Source: Candidatus Atabeyarchaeum deiterrae (GTDB taxonomy: Archaea > Asgardarchaeota > Atabeyarchaeia > Atabeyarchaeales > Atabeyarchaeaceae). From it: a stretch of 64,000 nt of DNA. A program made the translations under genes and the position numbers. The stretch covers positions 2,400,001 to 2,464,000 of the forward strand of contig CP147780.1 in the NCBI GenBank assembly GCA_037310415.1. The letters are read 5' to 3'. This document shows, piece after piece, positions 1-10,454 of this stretch (position 1 is its first letter; each line of letters begins with the position of its first letter). The notes under the pieces were generated by a model. The model saw nothing but the letters and a program-made list of their open reading frames with translations. It had not been told where the DNA came from and did not search any database.

Positions 1-1
1 G

Positions 2-814
2 GAGTTCCTGAGACGAAGACTGGTTCTGTTGAGAGAGGTCTTGGCGGAAGATGGTTCCATTTACGTTCATGTTGATTGCAGAATTGGACATTATGTTAAA
101 GTTCTGATGGATGAGGTATTTGGAGATGACCGCTTCATAAATGATGTTGCAAGAATAAAGTGTAATCCGAAGAATTTTCCAAGGAAGGCGTATGGGAACA
201 TCAGGGATATGATCCTTTTCTACTCCAAGACCAGCAAATATGTTTGGAATAATCCAAGAGAGCCGTTCACTGAACTGGACATTGAGAAACTGTTTCCCAA
301 GTTTGATAAGAATGAGCGGCGTTACACGACGAATCCGCTTCATGCTCCTGGTGAAACGGGTAGTGGTTCCACTGGGCAAGCTTGGAGAGGAATCCCTCCT
401 CCTCAAGGCAGGCATTGGCGCTATCCCCCTGAAATGCTTAACGAGTTGGATCGAGAAGGACTAATAGAGTGGTCCAGCAAGGGGGTCCCCAGAAAGAAGA
501 TATATGGTGATGAGTTCCTCAAGAAGGGAAAGAAGCAACAAGATGTCTGGCAGTTCAAGGATCCGCAATTTCCATCTTATCCGACAGAGAAGAATATTGA
601 GATGCTTAAGATGATAATCCGAGCTTCCTCCAATCCAGGTGACCTGATTCTGGACACGTTCTGTGGGTCAGGGACCACCCTCGTAGCGGCTGAGCAACTC
701 GAAAGGAGATGGATAGGGATAGACAGTTCGCCTTCGTCGATCAAAACGACAACTGAAAGAATTCTGAAGCTTGGGCAGAACAGGTTTTTCAAGTTCTTGA
801 AGACCGCGCGTTAG
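2..814 (+). CDS. Site-specific DNA methyltransferase (N6-adenine/N4-cytosine, beta class), 5'-truncated by window edge
   Basis: Frame is open back to base 2 (EFLRRRLVLLREVL...). Contains GSIYVH, YPTEK and the SAM-binding ILDTFCGSGTT...WIGID motif near the C-terminus. The catalytic DPP(Y/F) motif would lie upstream of the window. Confidence 0.9.
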   Translation, partial: EFLRRRLVLLREVLAEDGSIYVHVDCRIGHYVKVLMDEVFGDDRFINDVARIKCNPKNFPRKAYGNIRDMILFYSKTSKYVWNNPREPFTELDIEKLFPKFDKNERRYTTNPLHAPGETGSGSTGQAWRGIPPPQGRHWRYPPEMLNELDREGLIEWSSKGVPRKKIYGDEFLKKGKKQQDVWQFKDPQFPSYPTEKNIEMLKMIIRASSNPGDLILDTFCGSGTTLVAAEQLERRWIGIDSSPSSIKTTTERILKLGQNRFFKFLKTAR

Positions 815-830
815 TACAGACTTGACCCGT

Positions 831-2021
831 CTACTCCAGACTGACTTCTCTCGCTAGTCCAATCCTAGGATAGGGGTACACGAGGATAGCGTTCGGGTCG
901 AATGTTGCAGCGAGTTCCTCACCAGTTCTTAATGGTTTTTCTGATTGATCAAATGGCATTCTGCAAGCCACTCTGTCTCCTTCCTCAAGAGTTAAGTCAC
1001 AACGAATGGTTCCACCAGAGAATATTGCATCATTCACCGTTGCATTTAAGGTGTTTGTTCCTCCGTGTGCTTTCCCACCTGATCCTCTGCTAATTGATAT
1101 GAACTCAGGTCTAATGACCGCAACAATAAGCTGATTCGTGTGGAACTTTTTCTCTTCTCCTGTTCGAAGCTTATCCGATTGCTCACCTTCTTCCCTTTCC
1201 TTTCGGTCCCACTCTTCCTGTTTCAGCGACACTTCGATCACCATACTACCCTTAATTCTGATCGTTAGGGAGCTTTCCTGCATCTTGATAATCTTTCCTT
1301 CGAGAAAGTTTGCTTCGCCCAGAAAGTTTGCGGTGAAAAGCCTCTTGGGTTTGAAGTATAACTGTGTCGGTGTCCCAATTTCAACCATCTGCCCCCTCTT
1401 CATTACTATGATTCTGTCGGCGATAGACATTACTTCCTCTTGGTCATGAGTAATGTGAACTGCTGTAAGCTTCAAGTCCTTTACGAGTCTTCTGAGTTCG
1501 TAACGAAGATTAACCCTGACTTTGGCGTCGAGCGCTGAGAGAGGCTCGTCAAGAAGCAGTAACTCAGTCCTCGATGCGAGAGCCCTTGCAACGGCCACCT
1601 TCTGCTGCATCCCGCCACTAAGCTCACGCGGATACTCTTTGGGATCTGCGTTGAACTTTATCAGTTCAATCATCTCGCTCACGAGTCTGCGGGACTCTTC
1701 TTCATCGACTTCTTTTACTCTCAAGCCATATCCGATATTGTCCCTAACATTCATGTGTGGGAAGAGCGCTATGTTCTGAAACACGTATCCAATTCCCCGG
1801 TCTTCCGGAGGAACTCCATCAACCATTTTTTCTCCTATGTATACGTGTCCTCTGTCTTGTGCAATGATACCGGCAATGCATTTAATCAGAGTTGTTTTGC
1901 CGCAACCGCTTGGCCCTAGTATTCCCACGTATTCCCTGTTTCTCACTGAGAAGGTTACCTTGTCTAGGGCAACGACCTTACTGTATCTTTTGTTCAAATT
2001 GACAACTCTGATGCTGGGCAT
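831..2021 (-). CDS. ABC transporter ATP-binding subunit (PotA/FbpC/MalK-like, with C-terminal TOBE region)
   Basis: Walker A GPSGCGKT, signature LSGGMQQ, Walker B LLLLDEP, H-loop ITHD. Confidence 0.93.
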   Translation of the reverse strand: MPSIRVVNLNKRYSKVVALDKVTFSVRNREYVGILGPSGCGKTTLIKCIAGIIAQDRGHVYIGEKMVDGVPPEDRGIGYVFQNIALFPHMNVRDNIGYGLRVKEVDEEESRRLVSEMIELIKFNADPKEYPRELSGGMQQKVAVARALASRTELLLLDEPLSALDAKVRVNLRYELRRLVKDLKLTAVHITHDQEEVMSIADRIIVMKRGQMVEIGTPTQLYFKPKRLFTANFLGEANFLEGKIIKMQESSLTIRIKGSMVIEVSLKQEEWDRKEREEGEQSDKLRTGEEKKFHTNQLIVAVIRPEFISISRGSGGKAHGGTNTLNATVNDAIFSGGTIRCDLTLEEGDRVACRMPFDQSEKPLRTGEELAATFDPNAILVYPYPRIGLAREVSLE

Positions 2022-2026
2022 GGCTC

Positions 2027-3130
2027 TTAGATCACTTCAATCTCCTTGTACAAGCCGTGTCTTGGAGATGGGAATACCACACAGTCCTCAGCATCAAAAT
2101 GCACATAAACCTTGTCGCCTACGTTGAATTGCTCGGTTGACTTGGAAGGAATTCTTGACGAAACTGTTTCACCTAAGCGGTCTAGCTTTACGTCGTACTT
2201 CCTGAATTCTCCGAGAAATGTCGTGGTCTGAACCTCTCCTTCCAGGTTATTAACCTTGAAGGGCTCTCTTCTCAACTTGGTCTTTTCCAGTCTGGTGCAG
2301 AGAACGATAAGTCGGCTTTTGGGGTAGTCGTGGCAAGAAACATGCAATTCGTTTTCATGACCGAGATCGACTAGTGACCCTTGGGCGCTGACTCTCTTGA
2401 TAACCCCTTCAAGCAAGTTGGCGCCCCCAAGAAAGTTGGCAGCGAAAATAGTTTTCGGGTGATTATAGAAATCCAGAGGGGTATCAACTTGCTCGATTCT
2501 TCCCTCTCTTAAAAGAGCGATTCTATCCGCGATTGTAACAGCTTCATCCTGATCATGAGTGACATGGACTGCGGTCAGATGTAGGTCTTTGACCAAGCTC
2601 TTCAGAACGTACCTAATCTCCATCCTCAATCTTGCATCAAGAGCTCCGAGCGGCTCATCCATTAGAAGTACCTTTGCTCCTGATGCAAGTGATCTTGCTA
2701 GCGCGACTCTCTGTTGCATTCCACCGCTAAGCTCCGCGGGATATGATTTGGCTCTGCGGGCAAGCTTAACCATGTCCAAGGTGTCCATTGCGATCTTGAA
2801 GGCTTCTTGATGTTCCATACCCTTAGATTCTGGACCAAATAGAACGTTGCCCAGTACCGTTAGATGTGGAAACAATGCAAAGCTTTGATACACAAGGGCC
2901 GCATTCCTATCCTCAGGCGGAACGTTATTCATGGTTTTGTTGTCGAAAGAAATCGTTCCCTCACTTGGCTTCAGGACACCAGCCAAGAGCTTGAGCAGGG
3001 TCGTTTTCCCAGCACCCGTAGGTCCCAGCACACAGAGGTATTCTCCCTCGTTGACCACTAGGGAGAGATTGTCTATGGCGCTCACCTTTCCGAACTTCTT
3101 GCTCACGTTCTTCACTCTAATGGTGGGCAT
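2027..3130 (-). CDS. ABC transporter ATP-binding subunit, second paralog
   Basis: GPTGAGKT, LSGGMQQR, LLMDEP, VTHD. Ends 5 bp from the next ATPase gene. Confidence 0.93.
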   Translation of the reverse strand: MPTIRVKNVSKKFGKVSAIDNLSLVVNEGEYLCVLGPTGAGKTTLLKLLAGVLKPSEGTISFDNKTMNNVPPEDRNAALVYQSFALFPHLTVLGNVLFGPESKGMEHQEAFKIAMDTLDMVKLARRAKSYPAELSGGMQQRVALARSLASGAKVLLMDEPLGALDARLRMEIRYVLKSLVKDLHLTAVHVTHDQDEAVTIADRIALLREGRIEQVDTPLDFYNHPKTIFAANFLGGANLLEGVIKRVSAQGSLVDLGHENELHVSCHDYPKSRLIVLCTRLEKTKLRREPFKVNNLEGEVQTTTFLGEFRKYDVKLDRLGETVSSRIPSKSTEQFNVGDKVYVHFDAEDCVVFPSPRHGLYKEIEVI

Positions 3131-3131
3131 G

Positions 3132-4841
3132 TTAGGTCTTCCTCCTTACTCTGACAAATCTCCCAAGTGCGACGAGGATCAGGATGGAAAACAGTATGAG
3201 TATTCCGCATCCAAGTCCTATGTCAGTGGGACTGGCGATAGGATTTGTCCCCAGAAAATGGCTGTTTAGCAAAGACTTAACCCAGTCTACGATTAGAACT
3301 GGTGCGGTTTTCAAGTTGGTTGCGAGTGCAACTGTCGCCCCAGTCTCCGCTAAGCTCCTCGTGAACACGATGATCGAGCCAGCCATTACGGAGTACTTCA
3401 TGAGAGGAAGAGTCACCCTTCTGAAAGAAGTGAACGGATGTCCCCCAAGGGTTCTTGCAGCATTCTCAAGCTCTGGATTAATGTTTTCTATTGCTGCAAT
3501 AGCAGAGCGGACAAAATACGGGTAGGTTATGCAGAGATGAGCCAAAACAACCAACCCAAAGTCTCCTCCAGGGCTGACACCAACAGCCTTCCAAAAGAAT
3601 GGCAAAGTGACTCCCAAGGCGACAGACGGAACAATTATAGGTATATTTACGAGTGAGTCCAGGATTGATGAGCCAAGTGACCCTACTTTTTTCCTACCTA
3701 TCAAGACTGCCACTGGCAGACCGCTCAGAATCACCAGAATGGTGACTACCGCAGCAATAGAGAATGAGTTGACGATGCTACTCCAATAATTGCTCCAGAT
3801 TCCCTGAGCTTGAATTGCCTGTGCCAGAGTTCCGCTTTCGACTGCTGAAAATGATGGAATAGCCACATATAGTGACGGCAGGACTATGATCAGAATGAAG
3901 ATGATAATCGACGCAGAGTCTCTCAGTTTTCTTGTGGGCTCTCTGCTGAGTTTCCTCTCAGGATTGGGCCAGACTTTCTTAATTGGGAATCTTATTCTTG
4001 GAGCCAACAGACGCACGGCAGTGAAGATCAATAACGAGAATATAATCAACATCGCACTCACATAAACAAGTGCGCCAACGCCAAGTTGACCAGGCAATGA
4101 TTTGTTAAGTTGTATGAACACCGGACCGTTCTCGAATGGAGGGACTGTTCCTGTTGGTATCGAAAAGGCGCCTGCAACTATGAGAGTTGCTCCTGTCTCA
4201 GACAAGGATCGGGAGAATGCCAAGAGAAATGAGGCAATCATGCCTGACTTTAGGATGGGGAGTGACACCGTTCTTGCGACTGTGAATGGAGGAGATCCTA
4301 GGGTTCTTGCAGCCACTTCATATGTAATGTCGTACTCCATTATTTCGCCGACCATGACTCTAACGACAACTGGATAGGAAAAGGCAAAGTGTAGCATTCC
4401 TACGAGCAACCAGCCAGGACTTATGATAGGCGTGCCAAAAAGGAAATCCAAGCCCCCTGGTCCATTCCAGAATACCAGAAGAGAGTATCCCAAAGCGGAT
4501 GTTGGTAGAATGAAGGGTATGTTTACCATGGTGTCCAGGATTCCGAGCAACCTTTGCCTATGACCACGAACAATGAGCCAAGCCATCGGTACACCAAGGA
4601 AGACATCTATTATTGACACGACGATTGCTAAGGTGAACGAGTTCAGGATAGCTGAATTTGCGCGATCCAAAAGACTGGGATTGTTTACAACCGCTCCTAT
4701 GGTTCCGCCTTGAGAGAGGATTCCCAGAATCGGGGGAAGTAGAATCAAGCCAAAGAAGAAAACGACTGCAACGCCATAGACTGCCAGTCGAACAAAGCGT
4801 TTTGAAGAAAGTTTATCGAGAGACCGGGTGATTGAAACCAA
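3132..4841 (-). CDS. ABC transporter permease with two fused permease domains (FbpB/ThiP-like)
   Basis: About 12 hydrophobic segments and two EAA loops (EVAARTLGS, ENAARTLGG). Confidence 0.9.
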   Translation of the reverse strand: MVSITRSLDKLSSKRFVRLAVYGVAVVFFFGLILLPPILGILSQGGTIGAVVNNPSLLDRANSAILNSFTLAIVVSIIDVFLGVPMAWLIVRGHRQRLLGILDTMVNIPFILPTSALGYSLLVFWNGPGGLDFLFGTPIISPGWLLVGMLHFAFSYPVVVRVMVGEIMEYDITYEVAARTLGSPPFTVARTVSLPILKSGMIASFLLAFSRSLSETGATLIVAGAFSIPTGTVPPFENGPVFIQLNKSLPGQLGVGALVYVSAMLIIFSLLIFTAVRLLAPRIRFPIKKVWPNPERKLSREPTRKLRDSASIIIFILIIVLPSLYVAIPSFSAVESGTLAQAIQAQGIWSNYWSSIVNSFSIAAVVTILVILSGLPVAVLIGRKKVGSLGSSILDSLVNIPIIVPSVALGVTLPFFWKAVGVSPGGDFGLVVLAHLCITYPYFVRSAIAAIENINPELENAARTLGGHPFTSFRRVTLPLMKYSVMAGSIIVFTRSLAETGATVALATNLKTAPVLIVDWVKSLLNSHFLGTNPIASPTDIGLGCGILILFSILILVALGRFVRVRRKT

Positions 4842-5219
4842 ACTAGAATCTTCCCCAACTTGGTTATATCGTTCTGCTTTCTTCTCGTCGCGGATTGATC
4901 GGTTGTTCTGATCATTCAGGAGTCTGTGGCACTCAAATCCGATAGGGGTATGCTTACTTTCGAATGCTCCCTGTCTTCATTACTTCGATTTGATGACAGT
5001 CCATAGAGTCGGTATTCGAAGACCAACTTTCTGTTAAACTGCCAGGAGGATAAATCGTTTATGGTTACGAGCAGAGCGCCTCCATAAGGTAGTAAGGCAT
5101 TGTCCTACCTTCCATTCAACCCATTAAATGGCGAACATTACAACTGCGTCTATTTTCGCTGAAGATATCGGGAGAAAGAGAGCTGCACTTATCGAGATGC
5201 TACTCCCTATTGTTAAGTC

Positions 5220-5867
5220 TCAGCTGCTGGTTCTTGAGATGAAAGCGCTGTTCTTTATGCAGAATCTCCACAACTTTTCTTTCCCTTTGTTTACTCCAAT
5301 TCTTGGGGTTGAGCATATCTCTAATCGGGCGTCCTCCCTAGGTTGATTGCATATGAAGATCTCCGACGCATCATTGGTGAAATCTTCTCCATTCAGCTTT
5401 CGAGTGATTTTCATTGCTTTCGTCAGCTTACCTGGTCCGTTTGTGATTTGAACTGGAGGCATGCCTTGTTTCATTCTTTTCATTGATTGTGGATCATCTT
5501 CGAGCTCTCTGTTTCTTAACATGTGGCTTGTTCCCTCGATTGGCTCGATGGCTCTCAGCAAGACGGCGCCAGCCTCCTCAGAGCGTTCTCTTGCTGACAC
5601 ATTTAGGCAACAGTGGAATCCGTAAATAAGGTAGATGTAAGCCAATCCGACTTTTCCAAACATGATCTTGTTTCTGTCAGTAGGTCCTCGGTAGGCATGA
5701 CTTGCGGGATCGTCCCTGCCACGATATGCTTCAACCTCAACTATTCTACCCTCTAAGTAAACGCGTTCTCGAAGATGTCTGACAAGAGACTTTCCAAGGA
5801 GCCCTTTGGCAACTTCCACTGTCTCTCTGAGATAGAAGTCTCTAGGTAGGGCGACATAGTGGCGCAA
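5220..5867 (-). CDS. mpg: DNA-3-methyladenine glycosylase (AAG/MPG family)
   Basis: IVEVEAY, DPASHAY, YIYLIYGFHCCLN, AVLLRAIEP, NGPGKL, TPRIGV. Confidence 0.95.
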   Translation of the reverse strand: MRHYVALPRDFYLRETVEVAKGLLGKSLVRHLRERVYLEGRIVEVEAYRGRDDPASHAYRGPTDRNKIMFGKVGLAYIYLIYGFHCCLNVSARERSEEAGAVLLRAIEPIEGTSHMLRNRELEDDPQSMKRMKQGMPPVQITNGPGKLTKAMKITRKLNGEDFTNDASEIFICNQPREDARLEICSTPRIGVNKGKEKLWRFCIKNSAFISRTSS

Positions 5868-5868
5868 G

Positions 5869-6624
5869 CTATCCGTCTCCTGTTAGCTTGGAATCACAGA
5901 GAATTGGAACGATGTCTTTCAACTCTTGGATGATGTAAGCTGGCTTGCTCAGGTTTTGATGCATCTCTGCTCTCCCATGAGTGACCAGAATCGAGTGCAA
6001 ACCCATGCTGTTGGCTCCTGTCACATCGAATTCTTGGCTATCCCCAATGTGACATGCGTTGACTGGTCTGCAATTCATCCTTGCCAGAGCAACTTTGAAT
6101 ATCTTTGAATTCGGTTTGTATGACTCGGCCTCCGAACTTGTCGTGATAGTGTCGAAACATTGCAGTATCCCTGCAGATTCTAACTGAAGAGTCAGATCTT
6201 CTTTGTCAGCGTCGCTTATGATACCAACCTTGTAGCCTTCGCGTTTGAGTGCTTCAACTGTTTCACGGACATCTGGATACGAGATGGCGTTCTTGTTAAC
6301 GTAACTAGTGACCCTCTCTATGATTTCCCAGATATCTTTTGGTGATAGCTGCAAGTCAACCTTTTTTCCCACGGCTGTAAAGGCTTCGAAGAACAGTTCC
6401 CTAATATTTCGAAAAGGTTTGTCTTTCCTGACTTCTTCGTTTACTTTTTTCCACTCGGCGCTCCAAACTTGATATATATCGTCTAGCTTCACATTGTGGG
6501 TTTTGGATAAATCTGAGAATTCCCTCGTCATCGCCGTGACCCAAGGTCTGAGGGCTAGGATGGTCCCCATGGCGTCGAAGAAAACTGCGCTCAATTCTCT
6601 TCTGTTCATTGATCTTAGCCCCAT
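5869..6624 (-). CDS. HAD-superfamily hydrolase (subfamily IA)
   Basis: FFDAMGT, IISD, KP, HIGDSQEFDVTGA. Confidence 0.9.
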   Translation of the reverse strand: MGLRSMNRRELSAVFFDAMGTILALRPWVTAMTREFSDLSKTHNVKLDDIYQVWSAEWKKVNEEVRKDKPFRNIRELFFEAFTAVGKKVDLQLSPKDIWEIIERVTSYVNKNAISYPDVRETVEALKREGYKVGIISDADKEDLTLQLESAGILQCFDTITTSSEAESYKPNSKIFKVALARMNCRPVNACHIGDSQEFDVTGANSMGLHSILVTHGRAEMHQNLSKPAYIIQELKDIVPILCDSKLTGDG

Positions 6625-6664
6625 CTAAACAACCGAATAACGCGCCAATCTTCATGTCATGTCG

Positions 6665-7765
6665 CTATATCAGGAACTTGCCATCTTTCAGAATCGTTTT
6701 TCCACCTATTTCTACTGTCGGCTTAGTCATTATGAAGTCCCAATGAATTGATGAGTCATTTTTCCCTCCATATGCTGGCCCCTTGTTGTTTCCTATAGCC
6801 ATATGGACGGTACCAAGCACTTTCTCATCTTGGGTTATATCATTGATGAAGGTTGCATTCGGGTTTGTTCCCATGGCGAATTCAGCAAACATGTCTTTGT
6901 CACCCGTTGCGGACTCCAGGATTTTCCTAAGGTTCTCTTCTCCTTCTTCAGCTTTGAAGCCAGTTACTCGCCCGTCTTTGAATGTCAGCGTGATATTGTG
7001 AACACCCCAACCAAAGTAGCTTGTCGGGACATCGAAGAACGCGACTCCATTTGCACTCTCTTCTATAGGCGAAATGAACACCTCTCCAGCTGGCAGATTC
7101 ATTCCCACGTCTTTACTTGCTATGTCTTCGTCATCCATGATGCCGTCATCATTAAGCCACTTCCGGCCAGTGGCATCGAAAGTGATGTCTGTGCCTCGGT
7201 TGGAGGTCACATGAACGGTCTTTGCATCTGAGGTGGCGCGTATTATCTCTTTCCCTCGTTCCGAGATCTTCGTGTAGTCCACATCAATAGCGTTCAAGAC
7301 TGCTTTCTCGAACTTGCCTAAAGACATTCTAGACTCTTTCGCTCTTCCTTCTGTCGGGTAGGAGACACCGATCCACCTTATTCCCCGAGAGTCCATTACG
7401 TCCGACATTGCCTTTCTGGACCGTCTCCATGCTCCTATTCGCTCTAGTGGGACTCCAGCCAGAGCTGGTTTGCCGAGGCCAATGTAGACATCCACAGCAT
7501 TGAAGGCCTCGACCACTTGCTTCTGAGGTGCCTCGAGAAACTTCACTTCAGTTTCCATTAATGATTGTTTCATGTAAGAGTCCGACTGAACCGCGATTAG
7601 AGGTTTGGCACCTTTCTTGTCACACTGAACGGCAACCGCTTCGGCTAGGTCAAGCGCGTCACGAAGTGATGCGATCCAAACCATCTCGCCCTCAGCAACT
7701 CTTACGCATTGATCAACTATCTGTTCAGCGAGTCTCTTGTTCAATTTCGCTTTCTTATCTGCCAA
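6665..7765 (-). CDS. Aminopeptidase, M29 (AmpS/AmpT) family
   Basis: NLPAGEVF, EFAMGTN, DEKVLGTVHMAIG, SSIHWD. Confidence 0.92.
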   Translation of the reverse strand: MADKKAKLNKRLAEQIVDQCVRVAEGEMVWIASLRDALDLAEAVAVQCDKKGAKPLIAVQSDSYMKQSLMETEVKFLEAPQKQVVEAFNAVDVYIGLGKPALAGVPLERIGAWRRSRKAMSDVMDSRGIRWIGVSYPTEGRAKESRMSLGKFEKAVLNAIDVDYTKISERGKEIIRATSDAKTVHVTSNRGTDITFDATGRKWLNDDGIMDDEDIASKDVGMNLPAGEVFISPIEESANGVAFFDVPTSYFGWGVHNITLTFKDGRVTGFKAEEGEENLRKILESATGDKDMFAEFAMGTNPNATFINDITQDEKVLGTVHMAIGNNKGPAYGGKNDSSIHWDFIMTKPTVEIGGKTILKDGKFLI

Positions 7766-7926
7766 GATTCATCAACCACCAATTCAAAGTGTCTTGAACA
7801 ATTTCAGTAGCATCTATAGATGTATTAAGATAGGATAACAGCAAGAGATATTTAAAACAGTACGATTCTCTAATTGACTCCGTTGTTCGACCCCCCTGAA
7901 CCAACTAAGTCCTTGGATGGAGAAAG

Positions 7927-8559
7927 ATGGTACTGGAAGAAGTGTTGGAATCAGTACGAAACCTGAAGCAGAGTGATGTGCGAAGTCTAGTAGAATCTCG
8001 GCTGAAGGAGTTCGAGCAGAATGGTAGAAGAACAAGCAACGAGATCTTCAAGGAGCTCTGCTTCTGCATACTAGCAGCGAATTTCAATGCTGAAAGAAGC
8101 ATGAAAATCCAAATGCAGATAGGAGATGGATTCCTCTTTTTTCAGAGAGGAATGCTGGCCAGGAAGCTGAGGGCGCTAGGTCACAGATTTCCCAACACAA
8201 GAGCGAAATATATTGTGCAAGCAAGAGAATACAAAGACTCACTGAAGGAGATAATAAGATCCCACGAAAACGAGGATGAGCTGAGAGAATGGTTGGCTGA
8301 GAATGTGATGGGAATCGGCTACAAAGAATCAAGTCACTTTCTCAGAAACATAGGGTACAATGGTCTTGCGATCCTTGATTTCCATATTATAGATATTATG
8401 GTTAGATGTGGACTGATCGATGAACCGAAGACACTAACCAAAAGGAGATACCGCGAAATAGAAGGCATCCTCCGGAAAGTTGCAGAGAGATCTAGTCTGG
8501 AATTGGGTGAACTGGACTTGTATTTGTGGTACATGGAAACCGGGAGGGTCCTGAAATAA
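7927..8559 (+). CDS. ogg: 8-oxoguanine N-glycosylase/DNA lyase (archaeal Ogg, HhH-GPD)
   Basis: ELCFCILAAN, HRFPNTRAKYI, GIGYKESSHFLRNIG, AILDFHI, C-terminal DLYLWYMETGRVLK. Confidence 0.93.
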   Translation: MVLEEVLESVRNLKQSDVRSLVESRLKEFEQNGRRTSNEIFKELCFCILAANFNAERSMKIQMQIGDGFLFFQRGMLARKLRALGHRFPNTRAKYIVQAREYKDSLKEIIRSHENEDELREWLAENVMGIGYKESSHFLRNIGYNGLAILDFHIIDIMVRCGLIDEPKTLTKRRYREIEGILRKVAERSSLELGELDLYLWYMETGRVLK

Positions 8560-8702
8560 AAACACCAGAGATCTGCATTCAATGTTTGTGTTCCACAAGC
8601 TTTTTTTACAACCTATTGATAGAGTCTATCTCAATAGAAATCAGAGAATGAGAAGACGGAATCAAGTGTTAGCGGTTTCCGAGTAAGGAGGTATATCCGA
8701 CA

Positions 8703-9407
8703 ATGGTTGAAGTTCCAATTGACTTCTATGCAGAAATCATCGCATCAATCACACTAGGAGTAGTGTGGCTCGGAATGCTGAGGGCTTACTTTAAGGATCG
8801 TGAAAGAGACAAGCGGACATTGGCTTTATCAACTGGATATGGGTTCTTCTGTTTTGCCATTATTGCAGGATTCGCAGGGATTCTCCTAGTCTTGATGGGC
8901 TATGCACCTGACAGCATGCCATTGTTCATCGAGAGATTTGTTTACGTATTCTCCGCGTTTGCGACGGTGCCATTCACATACTTTGTGGTCAAGCTTTTCT
9001 TTGCCAGAGGAAGGTGGGCAACCTATCTGATGCTTGTTTATGCGATCGTACTTACAGGTGTATATCTGGTCATACCCAGTACGGTGATTTCGATGGCCCC
9101 GGAGGCTCCTACGGTCTGGAACACTGACTTGCTACCAGGCATAGCGTTGTTGTCAATAACATGGGTCGTCTTTATTATGCTAGCGGTTAAATGTTTCCAG
9201 ACTGCCAGAAAAGCAAAAGAGGGTCCTTTGAAGACAAGGTTCAGATTAATAGGTCTTGCAGGAGTTCTTGGGATACTGATCTTCTTCATTAATGCTGTGA
9301 CTGTCTTGGCTCCTCCGACATTAGTGCCCTACGTCTCCGCTTCGTCTTGGAGTACTGCAGCAGTGGCTGGCATAGTATCATACATAGGATGGCTTAGATA
9401 CAAATAG
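8703..9407 (+). CDS. Hypothetical ~7-TM membrane protein
   Basis: 234 aa with about seven hydrophobic segments and basic loops. GGAGGT ribosome-binding site upstream. Confidence 0.75.
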   Translation: MVEVPIDFYAEIIASITLGVVWLGMLRAYFKDRERDKRTLALSTGYGFFCFAIIAGFAGILLVLMGYAPDSMPLFIERFVYVFSAFATVPFTYFVVKLFFARGRWATYLMLVYAIVLTGVYLVIPSTVISMAPEAPTVWNTDLLPGIALLSITWVVFIMLAVKCFQTARKAKEGPLKTRFRLIGLAGVLGILIFFINAVTVLAPPTLVPYVSASSWSTAAVAGIVSYIGWLRYK

Positions 9408-9495
9408 CGGAAATCTCACTCAATAGCAGAACTAAGTAATCGTCGTACCCTCACAGAGGCAAACGAAAAGCCTCTTCCCCTTATTTTTTCGGCGC

Positions 9496-10206
9496 TCATA
9501 TACGCTTCAAGAAGTCTATTGCTTCTTCTTCACCTGTTTTCTTCTCTTCCCGTAGTTCGAGGGATCCACGTTGCGAATATTGATAGATTGTCTCTATGAC
9601 TATCTTAGCTTCCATCTTTGTCTTCTTCGAGATATCTTCGATACTGAATCGCCCTGTGCAAAGTGACAGTATCTTCTTGTCGTCACCTGACGCATTTTTC
9701 AGAGCTGCTCTATCAAGCAATACGGGAGCCATGAATGTTGCAATGCCTGGTGTTTGTCTAGGAGGGAGATGAGCGAGCTCTTCTGCCACAGCAGCGCTGG
9801 ACGCAGGCGCCATCTCTTCGGGTTGGGGAGCCGTTTGTATCTGGGTTCTAACTGGCTGAGTTAGAAGAAGTTCGTCTAGATACGTCCCGTATCTACCCAC
9901 GACTTCTTTCAGCTTGACCAGAACAGTGCCAATTCTCTGAGAGGTCACAACTATTAAGACGGCTCTCTCCGATATTTTTGAAACAACTATTAGCTTACTA
10001 TCTTCGACAGTCAAGGAAAGGTTGTCACCCAGACGCAGTAACATGAAACTCTCAGCAAAAGGGATTATCTTTCCCAAGGACGGTCGGCTGAGATCAGAAT
10101 AGACTTCATTTCTTCCACTGTAAATGGCCATCTCCAGAACGATTGGAACTCCAAGCACAAATAGTGCGTTCCTTATCTGGCCGGCCAGTTTGTCGATACT
10201 ACTCAC
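9496..10206 (-). CDS. Roadblock/longin-like N-terminal domain, Pro/Ala linker, winged-helix C-terminal domain
   Basis: N-terminal beta-rich LIVVSKI..AVLIVVT..IGTVL pattern. C-terminal ILSLCTGRFSIEDISKKTKM...QRGSLEL wHTH pattern. Confidence 0.65.
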   Translation of the reverse strand: MSSIDKLAGQIRNALFVLGVPIVLEMAIYSGRNEVYSDLSRPSLGKIIPFAESFMLLRLGDNLSLTVEDSKLIVVSKISERAVLIVVTSQRIGTVLVKLKEVVGRYGTYLDELLLTQPVRTQIQTAPQPEEMAPASSAAVAEELAHLPPRQTPGIATFMAPVLLDRAALKNASGDDKKILSLCTGRFSIEDISKKTKMEAKIVIETIYQYSQRGSLELREEKKTGEEEAIDFLKRI

Positions 10207-10454
10207 TAGGGTGCACGCCTCGACAGCGTTGTGTCTGATGATTGAATATGATTATGTTCTATTTAACATTTCTTCAACTGTACGAAAAGTCATTAAGCAA
10301 TCAGTGCCTTCTCGAGTAGTAGACTCAAACCGCTTTCGGAGGCTAGGCTACGAACAAAACGCGAAAGATGAGTAAAAACTAAATAGTATTATCGGGACAA
10401 AGGGATATACGGTAAAAGTGCTGGAAACCGCAACTTGTTCCTTGTATTAGGGAA

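Noticed and set aside
4842-5219. Long leader upstream of the ABC permease as a TPP or other riboswitch
   Set aside because: No recognisable aptamer consensus on the minus strand; only one short inverted repeat (AAGGTAG/CTACCTT).
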